Positions 1 through 11,235 of a stretch of DNA of 37,170 nt are shown here, piece by piece. The stretch's first letter is position 1, and every line of letters starts with the position of its first letter. The translations under genes were made by a program, and so were the position numbers. This stretch comes from Hydrurus foetidus (Eukaryota), in the NCBI GenBank assembly GCA_900617105.1, contig UYFQ01000166.1, positions 1 to 37,170 on the forward strand. The letters are read 5' to 3'. The notes under the pieces are model-generated. The model was not told the DNA's origin and did not search any database. It saw nothing but the letters and a program-made list of their open reading frames with translations.

Positions 1-2285
1 TTTCAAGAGATGGTGTATCAAACACGAGACCGCGTAAGTGTCTATTCACTTCTTTGTTGAGCCTTTCTAAAATGGCATTCTCTTGTGAGGAGTAAGCCAC
101 AGTGAGATTATGGGGTGTCCCCGTAAGGTCTAAGAACTCTTTAATGAGATCATTAGCGAAGTGGGATCCTCGATCGGATCTAATCATATTTGGCGATCCG
201 AATCGACCAAAATGAGTCAGTAAGCATTCACATGCAGACTGAGCCGTAGCATCCTTACACCAGAACATTTCTGTCCATCTGGAGAAGGTGTCGATTATGA
301 CAAGGATATACCCTTTATCAGGGAATGGGCCAATAAAATCGATATTTAATGTATCGAAAATAGCATGTGTTGAAGTTGAAAAATGAGCAGCGCTGATTTT
401 TGTATCAACTGCGCTCAATTTCTGACAGCATGGGCAGTTTCGTATGAACGAGCGTACGTGCTGTTTCATATTTTTCCACACGTGGTTAAGACTAAAGAGT
501 CGAGTGAGAGTACGATCGACACCGTTGTGACCAACAATTGCATTGTGGCACATTTGAATGTAAACATTCTGTTCATCTGTCGGCGGTTCAATAACCGTTA
601 AAGCCGAAACTGCAGAAGATGACGATGAAGAAGATGATGGTGGAGTATCACCCTCGGACCTGATTGTCTTAGGCAGAGCAATTTCGGTAAGGTTTGGACA
701 TAACCGTGACAGAGCATCGGCTAGTTCATTATCTGACCCCTTGACAAAGTGTACGGTGAAATCAAGTTCTTGCATTGCAATGAACCACCGTGTTACCATT
801 GAGGTAGGGTTTTGTTTCATATAAGTCAAATTCATATGATCCGTATGAATAGTGAACTTTCGGTCTCGAATGAGATAATCGAGTTGTTGGCAACAGAAAA
901 AGATAGCATAAGCTTCTTTCTGTATTGTCGACCAATTAATTTGTGTTGCCGATAGAGATTTGCTTATAAAGGCAATTGGTCTCCACACGGTGTTGACAAT
1001 TTGGAAGAGTACACCACCGATACCATAGTCGGATGCATCAGTATATAATCTGATGGGTGAGTCATCATTGATGAAGTACATTAAAGGACAACGCGAAACC
1101 GCGATTTTAGTCTCATTAAATGCTAAAGTCCCCTCGGGGGTCCAATATATGGGGGAACGTTTAAGTGCCTTTGGGTCCACCATCATTTGAAGTGGTTTGA
1201 CGATGTCCGAATGAAACGGTACAAATTGACGAAAATAGTTGGCTGAGCCAAGAAATCCACGAAGGCATGTTACTTCTTTTGGAAGTGGGAAGTTGAGCAC
1301 TGTCTCAATCTTCTCTTTAGACATGGATAACCCATCTTTGTCTATGACTCGTCCCACGTATTCTATACGACTGAGACCGAATCTGCATTTTCTTGCTTTG
1401 AGCTTAAGATTCTTAAGTCGAAATCTTTCAAAGACGCTGCGCAGATTCTTGAGAAACTCTGCTTCGCCCCGGCCATATACAATGCAGTCATCGAGATACA
1501 TCTCGCAACAGCTGTATATAAGACCGTAAAGGACCGTTGTCACCATCTGCTCTTGAAAGTAAGAGGGGGCTCGACAAGGGCCAAAAGGCAATCTCGTGAA
1601 CTGAAACACCCCCATGAAACATATAAATGCGGTATAGATTCGGTGGGGTGTGTACAGAGGTGCTTGGTGGTAACCCGCGGTTAAATCCATCACTCCGTAA
1701 ATATCCGGTTTTTTATTACCGATCCTCTCAAAGAGGTGTTTGATATTGGGTAGGGGAAAGGAGGCCGGCTCAATGCATTCATTGAGTGCACGATAGTCGA
1801 TGCAGGTTCGATATGTATCGGCTGTCTTATTTACCATTACAGGATGACTGTAGTATGCAGCGTTCGACCTCTCGATCACACCATCCTCCAGCATTTCTTC
1901 GATTGAAGTGCGGAGGTAATGTTCCTTTTTAGAGGATTGTGGGCGCACTGGTGTGCGGTTCGATGGAACCTCCCACTTCTGCCGAGGCAAATTGATCTCA
2001 AACGGCTTGAGGTGTGCAGCTTGCGGGGCTAGCTTATCACTGAAAATATCAGCGAATTCTGAACAGAGAGTACGCAGATCCTTCTGAAGGCTTTCATCTC
2101 CCTCAAAATGGATTTGTGACAAAAAATCATCCGGCCCATTGGGCGGTACATTTCGGCACGTCTTGTCACGCAAGAAAGGTGCGAAGGTGTCAGTCTTGTC
2201 ATTGTCAATCTCGTCAACGGAGAGTGCGACACCGCTTGGCCATACGGCTTCCACGTCATAGTCTGATGTAACAGAGTCCCAGAGG
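1..2285 (-). CDS. pol: Gypsy A pol: reverse transcriptase, RNase H and integrase (partial, open at window edge; not in ORF track)
   Basis: Hand translation: DIFSDKL (~2040), EMYLDDCI (YLDD 1487-1498), YTDASDYGIGGVL (~1010-1045), SDRGSHF (~160-180), QENAILERLNKEVNRHLR (~35-85), plus integrase H..H..CPCC (~430-555) and IDFIGP (~340). Four motifs checked for phase share one frame; not every codon was checked for stops. 5' limit is an inferred frameshift. Confidence 0.88.
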
Positions 2286-4699
2286 TATGTGTGAGGGTGG
2301 GAATCGAGTCACCACCTAGGTGCGGGGTATCACCCGTACGTTTTGCGAGTCTAGTCGTGACACTAGCCAGTCGCTCACAACCCACATCACCACATGGACT
2401 TTGGGTCGCGACTCCCTCGGAACCAACCTGGGTAACGCTACACGTGAACGTTGCATGACAACCTGACCCCACGACTTCCTTGGTTAAAGGTGCGTGCAAA
2501 ATGGCCTTCTTAGGTTTTGGCTTGGGGCATAGACCGTATGGCTCTCTTTTAAGAGCGAGTTTCGTCTTTGTGATTCCCTTCAACATATCATAAGTTGGGG
2601 TGATCGACTCTAACTCTGGTTCTTCGGGTTGAAATCCCTCCGATATCATACGCCTAGTGTATTTGTGCCAGTGAAGCGGGTCAAGCTTTGCTATCGCTTC
2701 CCTTTCTTCAAACTCGCGCCAACGAGTGTCCCTTTTCCTTTTGTTCTCCGCACTGAGCTCAGGAGAGATACCAAAAGCAAAAGGTGTTAATGACATAAAA
2801 TCATATTTATTTACAGTTTTGCGACTTAACAAAAGTTCAATATCTGTATTCCGATTAACTCGCAAGGTTAGTGGGATTGTGTGACATTCCCATCATAAGA
2901 ATGAAATTGGAGAGTCAAATTAATAATTTCGTTATTTATATAGCAATGGCCATCGAGACCAGAGCAAACAGTTATGGCTTTAGGAGCCTCATAACAGAGA
3001 TGCATAGCATTTAGTTTTTGAATCATTATAAAAGAAATAAAATCTTCTGAATAATTGGCGGTGTCCAAGACGGCCTTGCCCACAATGCGTCGTACGCTAG
3101 TCTGGCTCTCCTTGTCCTTATCCTGTACCGAAACAGTGACGTTTAAGTGGTTAGAAGGGAGAGTGGAAGGGTCATGCAAATATTCATCTTGAATAAGCGT
3201 TGGAAGTGTATCGACATGTGAAATGAACGACGCAACATCCGGTAGGTTCAACATGTCAGATGTATCAACATCATAATCATTTGTACCTTGGTTTTGTCCC
3301 GCTGAATCGGAAGACGAGTTGGGTCCCCCCTGGGGTGGATTGTATTTTCCCCCACGGGGATTTTTCCCTTGGTAACCCCTACCAGCACTCTGGTTACCAG
3401 AACCTTGGTTTTGGTTGCCGCGGTTAAAATTACCTTGGTTTCCTTGGTTACCTTGGTTATTCTGGTTACCTTGGTTACCTTGGTTTTGGTTGCCTCGGTT
3501 ACTACCTTGGTTTCCTTGGTTACCTTGGTTGGGGTTACTTTGGTTACCCGACCCATGGTTATTCTTGGACTTCTTGTTGGTGAACATCAAGAAGGGTGGA
3601 GAACCAGCGGGGTGGTACCGCTGACGGTTTTCGTAACCGGGAAGGATTAACCTCTCCTGCCACATGGCTTCACCGTTAGCTAACCATGCACGACCGACAA
3701 CTGACTCCGCCCAGTTAATGGAGTGATCGTTGTTAGTGTCAGTGTAGTATAACACGGGGCATGCGGGAAGCATGTGTGCAGGATTTCCACACGAGCGGCA
3801 GACTCGAGCAGCCACTAGGGGTACGTCCAATGAGGTACGAACTGCTAGGGTGCCTTTGCCACTAGGTGGTTCCGCCTCGCGTGTCGCGAGTGTACTCCCC
3901 CTCTTCTTCGATGAGCGGGGAGGAGGTACTGCGGTACTCGGGAACGAGTAGATATGATCAGGGTTGCCGTAGCTCCTGCTCATTCGGATAGCCTCGCGTG
4001 CTGCGGAACGACCGTGATGATGCGCATCATGGCAGTCTCCCACGTGTGAGGTGACATCGAGTCGCCCCGTTTAGACTCAAAATAGTCTGATTGGATACGA
4101 CTGCCACGAGCAAGTCGCTTTTCCAAAAGCGTTACCAACTCCACATGTTGGTTGGGAGTGATACGGCAGGTACGCTCGTAGTTGGTTACGAGTTCCTTGT
4201 ACGCCATGTACGTGCTCAACTCTTCCTCATCGGAATTGAGTGAGTAATGGAATGGTACTTTAGCGAAAAGTTCCGCTAGGGTATGATCCCCATGGTCTCG
4301 CTGTTTATTTGAGCCAAAGTATTGCATGATTAGTTTTGCAACATAATCAATATCAAGTACAGTTTGCCACTCGAACCTTTGTTCTTGTGTCATTTCTGAA
4401 AATTGATTCATGTCTGTCATAATCTTGACATGTAGCAAGTCAATCGCTTGGCGTTGCATGCATTCTTTAATGCGCAAGCGAGGCAGACGCTGAGATTGCT
4501 CATAGAACTCCTCAGCGTCTTGCGGAGTGATGTAATCGCCTTTCAGGACGAATATCTCTCGCTGCATTTGCATAGTCTGGGGAAACAGAATAGTCTGCGC
4601 CACCGAAGACTGTGAGGTTTGGGTGGTATTTAAAATACCCTCATCCTCTTCGGACACTTCCTCTTCCTCAGTGGGATCAACTGGAGGTTTTACCCTCAT
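2286..4699 (-). pseudogene. gag: Gypsy A gag-protease, split by frameshifts near 4000, 2868 and 2285
   Basis: ORFs 3980-4699, 2868-4043 and 2029-2865 are collinear with B's single 931 aa ORF (LAELFAKVPFHY vs LAEVFSKVKLQY; zinc knuckle CRSCGNPAHMLPAC; protease AVLDTANYSEDFIS; ITVCSGLDG). The 1-nt shifts may be real or sequencing indels. Confidence 0.8.
3389..3548 (-). repeat. 9-bp-period coding minisatellite (ACCTTGGTT-like on +) encoding (Q-G-N)n in Gag A
   Basis: Repeated accttggtt units; translation NQGNQGNQGSNRGNQNQGNQGNQNNQGNQGNQGNFNRGNQNQG. Confidence 0.9.
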
Positions 4700-5437
4700 C
4701 GTCGTAACGAGGGTAAGTTGCCTCTTCTTCTTCTGTCATGTTATACGACGAGAGGAAGTTATAAATCCGTCAAAGTCTAAGCGACTAAGCAATCTCCTCG
4801 TCAAAAAAAATTTGAGAGAGCTTCGCCTCGTTAGCTTTGAGGGTACTTTACGCAAGTAACAGCGAATAAGTTGGTTTCAACCAACTCTTGTTGAGAAAAT
4901 CTCTTAGGCGTGCAAGCCAAATTTTGAGTGGTAAAAAAATTGGGGTCCGTAAAGGATGAAGGAGGCAATTCCCACCGATCAAAAGAAGTCCTTAGACTAA
5001 TTTGGTGTCGCTAGCAATGAATCCAACGTTCAAATTGCAGCCCGACAAGTTTTAAGTGGTCGAATGGTGAAGGCTTTCGCGAGTTCAACCAACTACGAAC
5101 TTTGGAGACACCAATAATGGGTTCCAAGATGAAAGAGGCTAAGCCCAACTTTCGCTAACTTAAACTAAGTTCTTGGAGCGTAGCTCAGCAAGAATTTCGA
5201 CTCCGTAGATGTCGTGAGTAAATCGTACTCAATGTTGGAAGTCGTAGCTAAAGTTTGGACGAGTAGAGGAGAATTAGGAGCAGTAGAAATTTCCCGAAGA
5301 TAATAGTTCTATTGTGGTCGGGCAGATGCAGAAAGGGAAGTCGAGGGTAGGTTGGCTTAGTTACAGGGCGCTAGGCTAGAAGCTAGTTAACTTCTACGTG
5401 GACGCTGCAGATGGCAATGACGCCACGACAGCCTCAC

Positions 5438-5521
5438 TGTAGTGTACAGTAGTAGTACCCGGTAGGATCCGGTAGAGTCGGTACCCGGTAGGATCGGGAC
5501 CCTGGATCCGGTACTATCACA
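5438..5521 (-). repeat. Outer part of the 5' LTR of Gypsy A (inner boundary uncertain)
   Basis: TGTGATAG start at 5521 directly abuts unrelated fragment C; contains GTACCCGGTAGGATC twice (5455, 5481). The inner limit 5438 is only a candidate, from c|TGTAGT resembling B's repeat end; the partner LTR is outside the window. Confidence 0.45.
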
Positions 5522-6150
5522 AAGTGTACAAGACAAAGTACTTGATACTGCGGTTCAAGCTTTGTTAAAAGCGGATGCTAAAAACGCCGCTACAGCGGAA
5601 TCAGCGACTTTGTTCCCCGTGGGGTCATATGTCTTATGCCGATACACTGATCGACCTCCAACTCGATTACACACTAAGTGGCATGGCCCGTACTGTATTG
5701 TCTCCTTTAAGGGGTCCGAGTACGTTCTCGCAAACCTTGTAAACCACAAGAAACGAAGTGCTCACGTTAAAGTTTTGAAAATATTCAATTATAACCCAGA
5801 GGTAGATGTACCTGCTGACACTGCTCGTCGCGATTACATGGAGTTCGTGGTTGAGAAAGTTCTGGGTCACGCTGGTGGCACCAAGAAACCGACTACAATG
5901 TCGTTCCATGTTAAAAAGCTCAACTACGATGACTCTCACAATACATGGGAGCCGTGGAAATCACTACGGCTCTGTGAAGCATGATTATTTACGGGATAAT
6001 AAAATGAAACACTTCATTCCCAAAAACCTTGAGACATCAGCCTGCGTTGCTGATCTCGAACGTATCATATTTGAAGATTTTTCCTAATTTTCCCTCGATG
6101 GAGGTTTTATGGTTTTAGTCAGTAAAAATCTGACAAAAACTGTATGTATT
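5522..6150 (+). pseudogene. Gypsy fragment C: integrase C-terminus (GPY/F motif), chromodomain and start of 3' UTR
   Basis: ORF 5562-5984: FPVGSYVL..PPTRLHTKWHGPY, then ARRDYMEFVVEKVLGH..FHVKKLNYDDSHNTWEPW; clearly homologous to B's pol tail. Confidence 0.88.
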
Positions 6151-6154
6151 CTGT

Positions 6155-8641
6155 TCATTGTTTGAACTCTGATTCGTAAGCTACATCAGAATTGCCATCG
6201 TATGAGTCAAAATTATTTGCTATCTCATGATGCACAAATTCGTCATCTGTAGGGTAATTATATGGTGTGATCATGTCATGTGTTTGCAACTCATATTCAT
6301 CGTTGGAGTAATCATTACCATTGTCTTCGAGGATTTGATTACTCTGTTCCAAAATAGGTTGCTTAACATTCACTGACATATTCAATTTCCTCTCAGATGC
6401 TAACTTATCGAGGTAACTTATCATCTGCCATCAGTAAGCTAGTAGTTTTTGTCCTCTTTACTACTTTTAAGTTAGCTAACAGCAGATAATACCATGCACT
6501 GACTAATGCTATTGCTGCCTGGGATCTGAATTTATTGGAGTTATCCACGGAGTCGGTATGTACTTGTATGCAATCACCGAAACCGTGTTTTAGCTCCTTA
6601 TCTACGTTGATCTTTCAACCATTAAATTTCTCTCTGGGGCTGACGTAAGCTACACTGTTTCAAGTTAGTACTAAATTAAATCTGTTAACAACGTAAATCA
6701 GTAACCAACTTTCTAGTAACTCACTCAGTGAAAAAGGTTCCGTGTTGATAATAGCTCGAACACGTTCCTTAATCACTCTAATTTTCCTCTCAACTACAGC
6801 TACTGCTTCTCTTGCTCCAGTACTGTCTTATATAATACCTAGAGCGGCTAGATTATTCTCAAAATTTAAAGTATTAACTGTCGACTCTCCATCTATTCTT
6901 ATCATGGTTATCTTAAATCCATACTGAGTAATGTGATGTATGATGTGCTCTAAGCTCATCCACAAGGAAGACCTGTTTCTACGCGTGAGTTTACATATCA
7001 TCACATATTCTAAGGGATTTATAACACTGACTAGATAGGATATCGAGTTCACAAACATCAAATCTATGTACATAATCTAGTTTAGGAACTGCCTATCTAC
7101 AACTGGCATCTCTTCTTCTAACTCAGTTTTGTGACTAGTTGTTTTCCCCTTAAGGGAACCCAAATCTAGTCCAAAAATATCTAATGCCCTAACTACATCT
7201 TGCGCTGTTAAGTCACTCTTATCTAATTTCCCCTGACCTATTCATTTAATTAGCTGTCCTGGGCTGGCGTAACCTAACTTTCTCTGATACTCTCTAGCTA
7301 ATTCTGCTGACTTAACTTGTCTAGCTGAGTAGAACTTCTTCTTATCTCTATCCGTCATGACCATGATCGATTTATCGAACTTTACATTCTTTTAACTGAT
7401 ATTTCTGTCTCAGTCGCATAGATATATGTTCGTAGACTGATCATGGACGAATCCATATACAGGTCCTGACTAAATCATTTTAACTTTATAGCAGTCTTGG
7501 TAACTATCATAGCTAACTAACTCGCTCACGCTAACTATGTTGCCAAAACTTAAAATATTAGCTATACAATTGCTGTCAAAACAAACTGTTCCGAAATCCG
7601 TCTCGCCACACTCCGTGATTATCAAGGGTTCCCGCTGAGGGTTTACTCCATTAATAAATATCAGGGTAGCGGACGGCATAAAATAAATCTCTACTACAAA
7701 ATACTGACTTTGCTGCACATGTACCTAACAATACTTGTCTGTCGGTAAAAGTGGAACAGTGTGTATATACATTCGCACTAAAAATCACAGGGTCACCCCC
7801 ACAATTTTTACTGTTCAGTGGACAAGAATTCTCCAATCTGCATGCTTTATCTAACAATGGCACAAACGCAGGGTAACCGGTCGACGTTGCAAATACGTCA
7901 TGCAGTCCGGTTTCCCCACACGGAACATTTACATCCTTAGCTAGTGAATCAGGTAAAAAATCATATAAGGGACTTACTTTTCCGTAGAAGGGTGACGCGC
8001 AGGTGCGTTCTTCTTTGGAGGATTTTTACACTCGAACCAGTAGTGCCCCTCCTCTCCGCAGTTATTGCGCGCTTCTTATCTTGTACCGTACTCCTGTACG
8101 ATACCGCTTCTCTTTCGGTGCGGGGTGGTCTTCCTATCCCTATAGGGAGTGCCTGCCCTCGCCGTATTCTCACTGAGGGTTTCATACCCCCCTTTTTCCG
8201 CTCCACTTTGACTCTGGTTGTGGCCGCCTCTGCCGCCTCTCCCACCGACTGGCCGCGAAAACGTTTCGCTTCTCCGAGTTCGGGGGAGCTCCGTTATGGA
8301 CGGGCCTTCCCACAAGGAAGTTGGCCGCGTCCTGGTTGGTATCGGCCGTGGTCTGCGGCCATGACCGAACCTTATTTTTAAACGTATTTAAATATTCTGA
8401 ATAGTTTGAATTCAGTGCAGAACAGCATGGAACTCATCTGTGTGTTCGGGCGCGTCTTTGTCTGCCAACCTCTAGGCTTCGTTCTTGACGAATAGCAGCG
8501 TCCGACACCTACTATAATATGCTGCTAGATCTTCGTTTTGAGTCATTTTATTGTGAGAAAAGTTTCTAATTGCTGTTATTATATTGTATGTGTCTCCATA
8601 TCTTTTGTTGCTCATGTGTGTTGCAACAACACATGTCAACA
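6155..8641 (-). mobile_element. Decayed Ty1/Copia element D (gag, protease, integrase; no RT visible)
   Basis: Copia order: protease-like VLLGTCAAKSVF (~7720), ELAREYQRKLGYASP (~7260-7300), integrase IDLMFVN / IRIDGEST / AVVERKIRVIKERVR (6760-7070). Many stops and shifts. Candidate LTR start TGTTGAC at 8641; both boundaries approximate. Confidence 0.72.
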
Positions 8642-10744
8642 GACCTAGAGGATCGCACTCCTCTATCAGTTGATGCTGTAAAGATCGAGGTGGGTCAAAC
8701 GAAAGGAACGATTTAACGAGTGATAGAATTAAGTTATGTGCATGTTGTCGAAGTCATGACATGATTATGTGATGCTATAGGCACGGATTGTCTTCAATGT
8801 GAGATACCGTACAGTGTGCGACGACGAATATCAATACACCCTCTCAATCCGTGCCATTAGAACTAGTAGGGCATGCAGTGCAGCGGGTATGGTGTGTGAG
8901 TGAGGTCGGAGCGGGTCCAGGCAGTGGAACATGGATCAGAAGCTTCATAAGTTCTTGGTGTTTTATGACGGGGAGAGGCTTGGTGAAAAAATCTGCGAAA
9001 TTATTACTGCCTTTGCGCCAGCAGACCGAAAAATGACCCGCGCGAATACGATCCCTAATCCAATGAAACCTCGTATCAATACTCTTGGTGCGTTTAGGTT
9101 TGACCGTGTCTGTGGCAATGCCGTGTGTGCATTTGTTGTCACATAAAGTGATAGTGGGTTGTTGCGGATATCCAAGTGACACGAGTAGATGGCGAAGCTA
9201 TTCTCCTTCTTGACGATTGAGGAACAGCGCTGGGTATCCGGCTTCGGCCACCGATGCGACAACTGATAGAATGATAGAACTAATGGCATGTATAGCACTA
9301 TTGATAATGGTGGGTTGGCCTACGTTGCCTAGGTAAAATATACCTTCCGCTACAGATCGTGCTCCTGGGCGAGAGAGGTACGAGGCATCGGACTGGATGT
9401 GCAATATCATATCTCAGGCATGGTACCGGAGAGTATTATTAGGATAGCGGGAACAATATGCGAGTAAGCGGGTTGCTGTGAGCATTAAGGTAATTATGGG
9501 ATTAGCTTGAGCGGACGCAAGGTGGTTTACTGCGGCTAGGATAGTGACGCCTATGCATCGGACATAGTAGAGAAGGGATCCGACAAATTCTTGTAACGTC
9601 AGCTTTTGCTCTGGTGTCAATGTAGGACTAACGTCAGAAATTGGTGACACGTCTGGATGTCCATACGCGGGTGGAACGTACGTAGCTGGGGAAGCGGCAC
9701 CCACGCTGAGGTGGGGCGCGAACCGTTCAAGCACTTTGGCTATGTAACCGGTCATACTAAGGTCCTCATAACAGAGGTCGTGATTGAATAAAATGGTGAA
9801 TCCAAGATGTTTTTCTACCGTCCAATCTATTGTGATGACGTATAAAAGTTGTAGTGTTGTGATAAGATGGTTGACGCCGTCCATGGTGCTGTACTTGACT
9901 CCAAAATCGTCGACACCGAGGGAGGAATCTGTTCCATTAGACTGATCGCGAAATAGACAAGTGGCATCCGTCTGACAAGCGAAATAGACAAGTGCCAAAT
10001 GCTTGATGAGACTTTCTGTGTGAGTAACCCGGCCTGCGGAAGACCATAGATCCCTTTGTTGACTTTGAGCAATATGTGCTGGTTGTGAAGAAACGGCTTC
10101 AAGTTGTTGGCAGAAATTATTTGTTCGGGTATATGCTTCGTTGGTATGCGCAAGAACTCAGGACGATCGACAGGAGTACCCAGATAAAAATCTTTGATAT
10201 CTAACGTAAGCCAACTCTTATTGTCAGATACAACGGAGTGAATAAGTAGTTTGACTAAAGGCATAGCGGCAGTGCGTGCTGTAGTTGGACCTGGATAGTA
10301 AACGAGATTGCCATCAATAGTGCCCCGAACGCGATATTTAGTGGTGCCATCATTGTTTTGTTTCTCTTTGACTTGGGGATTATAGTGCGTACTCTTGCAT
10401 CCTGATGGAATGTTGTATATAGCTTGGATAGTGTCTGTGTCAATCAGCCGCTGTATTTCTTCTGCAGCCGCAGTTTCCCAGTGTGGCTTGTTGGGCCCAG
10501 CAGTCGCAGTATTGTATGTCAGCGGCCGGCCTGTGTCATCGAGGTTTAAAGCTGTGTGGACCTGTGGAGCCTGATGTGGTTGATGCCGCTGAGCGCTGCG
10601 CATGACTCTATCCGTGACGAATGGTGCTCGCGAGGTGGTATTCTGTTGTCGAACTGCGGCCGTTAGGTCTGTGTTGGGTTCGGTGATCTGAGCGAGGATA
10701 GGTGGTTCTGATGCAACGTCCGGCGGTGAAGGACCCCGTGGAGG
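8642..10744 (-). mobile_element. Ty1/Copia element E, 3' half (RT, RNase H, PPT, probable 3' LTR remnant), cut at 10744 by B's terminal repeat
   Basis: RT followed by C-terminal RNase H, then GAGAGGG-TGTATTGA (purine tract into LTR-like start) at ~8845-8831. Confidence 0.85.
8844..10603 (-). pseudogene. pol: Copia E pol: reverse transcriptase and RNase H, fragmented
   Basis: ORFs 9827-10603 (LDIKDFYL, KGIYGLPQAG), 9414-9998 (VDDFGVKY, VGSLLYY), 9198-9410 (SDASYLS), 8844-9182 (CDNK, KSIDTRFHWIRD, ADFFTK). Confidence 0.9.
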
Positions 10745-10960
10745 TGTAGTCCAAAGAAGCTAGAAGAGTGGCAGAGTGGTAGTTTAGGCTTACAACGAGA
10801 AAGAGTGGGTGAGCTCGCAGAGGTGTAAAACTCTGCATGCAAGAGTTGCAAGGTAAGCTAACAAGCTGCGGGATGTCAGGAGGACTCTCAGCCACATGTA
10901 CAAACGGCTATACGGTACTAGAGAGGGTAGGAATGTGATACTAAATCCTGTACCATCACA
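10745..10960 (-). repeat. 3' LTR of B (216 bp, TG..CA; may be a truncated longer LTR)
   Basis: Minus strand TGTGATGG...GGACTACA; identical by eye to the array copy at 18141-18356. Confidence 0.9.
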
Positions 10961-10981
10961 TTACCACCACTTACTCCTTTT
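10961..10981 (-). promoter_or_regulatory. Putative polypurine tract of B
   Basis: Minus strand AAAAGGAGTAAGTGGTGGTAA immediately precedes the 3' LTR; purine-rich but interrupted by T. Confidence 0.65.
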
Positions 10982-11235
10982 GGAAACTACTTCTCTCTCT
11001 TCTAAACTACTTAATTGTAACTAAAAAATAGAACTAACACTAAAGCAGAAAAATACATCAAGAGTTTTAAAATGATGAAAATAACTAGTCTAGAAGAGAG
11101 TTTGGGACAAGGTCCTCGCTGCTGTCCGTGCGTCCGACAGCAGCGATCTTGACCGAGTGTGAGTATGTCAGGTTTCACTGACTAAAACCGTAAAACCCAC
11201 GTAGGGTGGAAAATGGCAAAATTTTGAGCAAAATC

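Larger units (their letters stand above)
1..5521 (-). mobile_element. Ty3/Gypsy LTR retrotransposon A (5' part; continues past left window edge)
   Basis: Minus-strand order gag(CCHC)-protease-RT-RNaseH-integrase, the Gypsy order. Outer end at 5521 reads TGTGATAGTAC, matching element B's LTR start TGTGATGGTAC at 10 of 11 positions. Confidence 0.92.

Noticed and set aside
3248..3650. Low-complexity ORFs 3248-3556, 3369-3650 and 3415-3624
   Set aside because: Alternative-frame and antisense readings of the 9 bp QGN minisatellite.
11181..11197. GGTTTTA doublet as telomeric repeat
   Set aside because: Only two imperfect units inside a TE 3' UTR; no telomeric tract.
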